This document shows, in pieces, positions 61,920-64,000 of a stretch of DNA of 64,000 nt; positions within the stretch are counted from its first letter, which is position 1; each line of letters opens with the position of its first letter. The notes beneath the pieces were generated by a model. The model worked only from the letters and a program-made list of their open reading frames with translations. It searched no databases and was not told the origin of the DNA. A program made the position numbers and the translations under genes. The stretch lies in assembly GCA_016208965.1 (NCBI GenBank), contig JACQXB010000023.1, forward strand, positions 25,904-89,903, in the 5' to 3' direction. Source of the DNA: Nitrospirota bacterium (GTDB lineage Bacteria > Nitrospirota > Thermodesulfovibrionia > UBA6902 > DSMQ01).

Positions 61920-62933
61920 ATGCAGTTTATTGATCAGGTAAAAATTCATGTCAAGGCTGGAGACGGCGGCAGAGGCTGTGTAAGCTTCAGGCGGGAAAAA
62001 TATGTCCCAAGAGGAGGTCCTAACGGCGGTAATGGCGGCAAAGGCGGACATATAATTTTTAGGGCAACAAGGGATGTTAACACCCTCCTTGATGTTAGGT
62101 ATCAACAGCACTACAGGGCAGAAAGAGGCGAGCATGGTATGGGAAAGGACATGCATGGCAAAAACGGCAAGGATTTAATAATCTCTGTTCCAATAGGCAC
62201 TATTATTAAAGACTCCCTGACAGATGAAACCCTTGAAGACCTGATAAAAGACGGACAGGAATTTATATCTGCAAAAGGCGGGAGGGGTGGGCTTGGCAAT
62301 ACACATTTTAAAACCCCTACAAGGCAGGCTCCTAAGTTTGCACAGCCCGGAGAGCCCGGCGAGGAGAAAACCCTTATCCTTGAGTTAAAACTCCTTGCTG
62401 ATGTGGGCTTAATAGGGCTTCCAAATGCAGGCAAATCTACATTAATCTCTGTTATCTCCTCAGCAAAGCCAAAAATTGCAGATTATCCGTTTACAACTCT
62501 TGTACCTGTGCTTGGAGTTGTAAAGGCAAAAGGATTTAAGAGCTTTGTGGTTGCAGATATACCCGGTTTGATTGAAGGAGCGCATAAGGGGGCTGGGCTG
62601 GGCTTTCAGTTCTTACGCCATGTGGAAAGGACATCAATACTTCTTCACCTTGTTGATGTATCAGAGATGGCTGAAGGAGACCCTGTTAGTAATTTTGAAA
62701 AAATAAATAAAGAACTTAAGCTCTATAGCCCTGAGTTACTAAAAAAACCTCAGGCCGTCGTAGGGACAAAGATTGATATAAAGGGCAGCGGAAAAAGACT
62801 TGACAGACTTGCCAAATATTGTAAAGATAAGAACTATGATTTTTTCCCCATATGCGCTATCACAGGACAGGGAATAAAAAAACTTATAACACATCTTGGA
62901 AAGAAAGTAGAGGAATATAAAAGTAGTAAGTAG
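61920..62933 (+). CDS. obg: GTPase Obg/CgtA
   Basis: FRREKYVPRGGP, GLPNAGKST, DIPG, TKID. Confidence 0.97.
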   Translation: MQFIDQVKIHVKAGDGGRGCVSFRREKYVPRGGPNGGNGGKGGHIIFRATRDVNTLLDVRYQQHYRAERGEHGMGKDMHGKNGKDLIISVPIGTIIKDSLTDETLEDLIKDGQEFISAKGGRGGLGNTHFKTPTRQAPKFAQPGEPGEEKTLILELKLLADVGLIGLPNAGKSTLISVISSAKPKIADYPFTTLVPVLGVVKAKGFKSFVVADIPGLIEGAHKGAGLGFQFLRHVERTSILLHLVDVSEMAEGDPVSNFEKINKELKLYSPELLKKPQAVVGTKIDIKGSGKRLDRLAKYCKDKNYDFFPICAITGQGIKKLITHLGKKVEEYKSSK

Positions 62934-62945
62934 AGAGGGCAAGAT

Positions 62946-64000
62946 ATGAAACGGCTTGTTGTAAAAATAGGAAGCAATCTGCTTGCCTCTGCAGAGCAGG
63001 GGCTTAACACAAAGCGCATCCATGCCATAGCAAAAGACATCTCTGCCATTATAGACAGAGGCTCGGAAGTCCTGATAGTCTCCTCAGGGGCTGTTGCAGC
63101 AGGGCTTAAAAAACTCGGACTAAAGGAAAAACCAAAGGACATAAAGCTAAAGCAAGCTGCAGCAGCAATAGGACAGTCAAGCCTCATGTGGGCTTATGAA
63201 AATAGTTTTGCAGAATTTAATAAAAAGGCTGCACAGGTTCTTCTTACAAGAGATGATGTGGCAGACAGGGTAAGATACATAAATGCAAAAAATACCCTGC
63301 TTATGCTTCTAAGCTATAAAATTATTCCCATCATAAATGAAAACGACCCTGTTGCAATTGATGAGATAAAATTCGGAGACAATGACTTTTTAGCCTCTCT
63401 GGTTTCAGGGCTTATTGAGGCAGAGATGCTTGTTATCCTGTCTGATGTTGAGGGTCTCTATACGAAAAATCCTAAAGAGAAAGGCACAAGCTTAATAACC
63501 TCTGTTGATGAGATTACCCTTGATATTGAAAAAATAGCAGGCGGAGAAGGAAGCACAGTAGGGACAGGGGGGATGTATTCAAAGATTCTTGCTGCAAAAC
63601 AGGCGGTTAACTATGGAATACATGTGGTAATCATGAGCGGGGAAAAAGCAGGGCTTCTTCCAAAACTGCTTGACGGTGAAAAAATAGGAACATATTTTAA
63701 GCCAAAAGAACAGAAAATACCTTCTAAAAAAAGATGGATAGCCCATGGTTTGAAATCAAAAGGTATGGTTTATCTTGATGATGGAGCTGTTAAGGCAATT
63801 ACTATGCATGGTAAAAGCCTCCTTCCTTCAGGAATAACAAAAGTAGAAGGACACTTTAACACAGGAGATGCAGTAACCTGTGTGGGTCAGGAAGGCAAAA
63901 AGATTGCTAAAGGACTAACAAACTATTCCTCTGATGATATCCTGCGCATTAAAGGCAAAAATACCTCTGAAATAGAAAAAGTGTTAGGGTATAAATATTC
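62946..64000 (+). CDS. proB: Glutamate 5-kinase (partial, runs off the window)
   Basis: VVKIGS, VSSGAVAAG, NEND, FGDND, GTGGM, PUA domain. Confidence 0.95.
   Translation, partial: MKRLVVKIGSNLLASAEQGLNTKRIHAIAKDISAIIDRGSEVLIVSSGAVAAGLKKLGLKEKPKDIKLKQAAAAIGQSSLMWAYENSFAEFNKKAAQVLLTRDDVADRVRYINAKNTLLMLLSYKIIPIINENDPVAIDEIKFGDNDFLASLVSGLIEAEMLVILSDVEGLYTKNPKEKGTSLITSVDEITLDIEKIAGGEGSTVGTGGMYSKILAAKQAVNYGIHVVIMSGEKAGLLPKLLDGEKIGTYFKPKEQKIPSKKRWIAHGLKSKGMVYLDDGAVKAITMHGKSLLPSGITKVEGHFNTGDAVTCVGQEGKKIAKGLTNYSSDDILRIKGKNTSEIEKVLGYKY

Overview
AT-rich bacterial chromosome segment spanning the probable replication origin. The gene content and the dnaA-dnaN-gyrB-gyrA order resemble Nitrospirota/Thermodesulfovibrionia, but this is an inference. 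Housekeeping genes include ctpA, envC-ftsX-ftsE, a split transketolase, trpS, trpD, radA, bioA, mqnA, parAB, purDH, rph, hisB, rplU-rpmA-obg-proB and three tRNAs, plus RND and MacAB-type exporters. A decayed accessory island next to tRNA-Thr (about 8.8-19.9 kb) holds integrase remnants, many toxin-antitoxin modules, an orphan three-gene integron cassette (attI-like site plus attC), a TsaC-like/aconitase remnant and a GHKL ATPase. Main findings: (1) a 44-bp G/C palindrome and 7-bp tandem repeats inserted in frame into otherwise normal proteins, plus nested MITE/REP elements; (2) the orphan integron cassette with an uncharacterised lipoprotein + helical protein + membrane protein operon; (3) a probable cerR-spt-bcerS ceramide operon; (4) a soluble MtrA-DUF4346 corrinoid protein with an N-terminal Cys cluster. 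All calls come from reading the sequence; no database searches were run.
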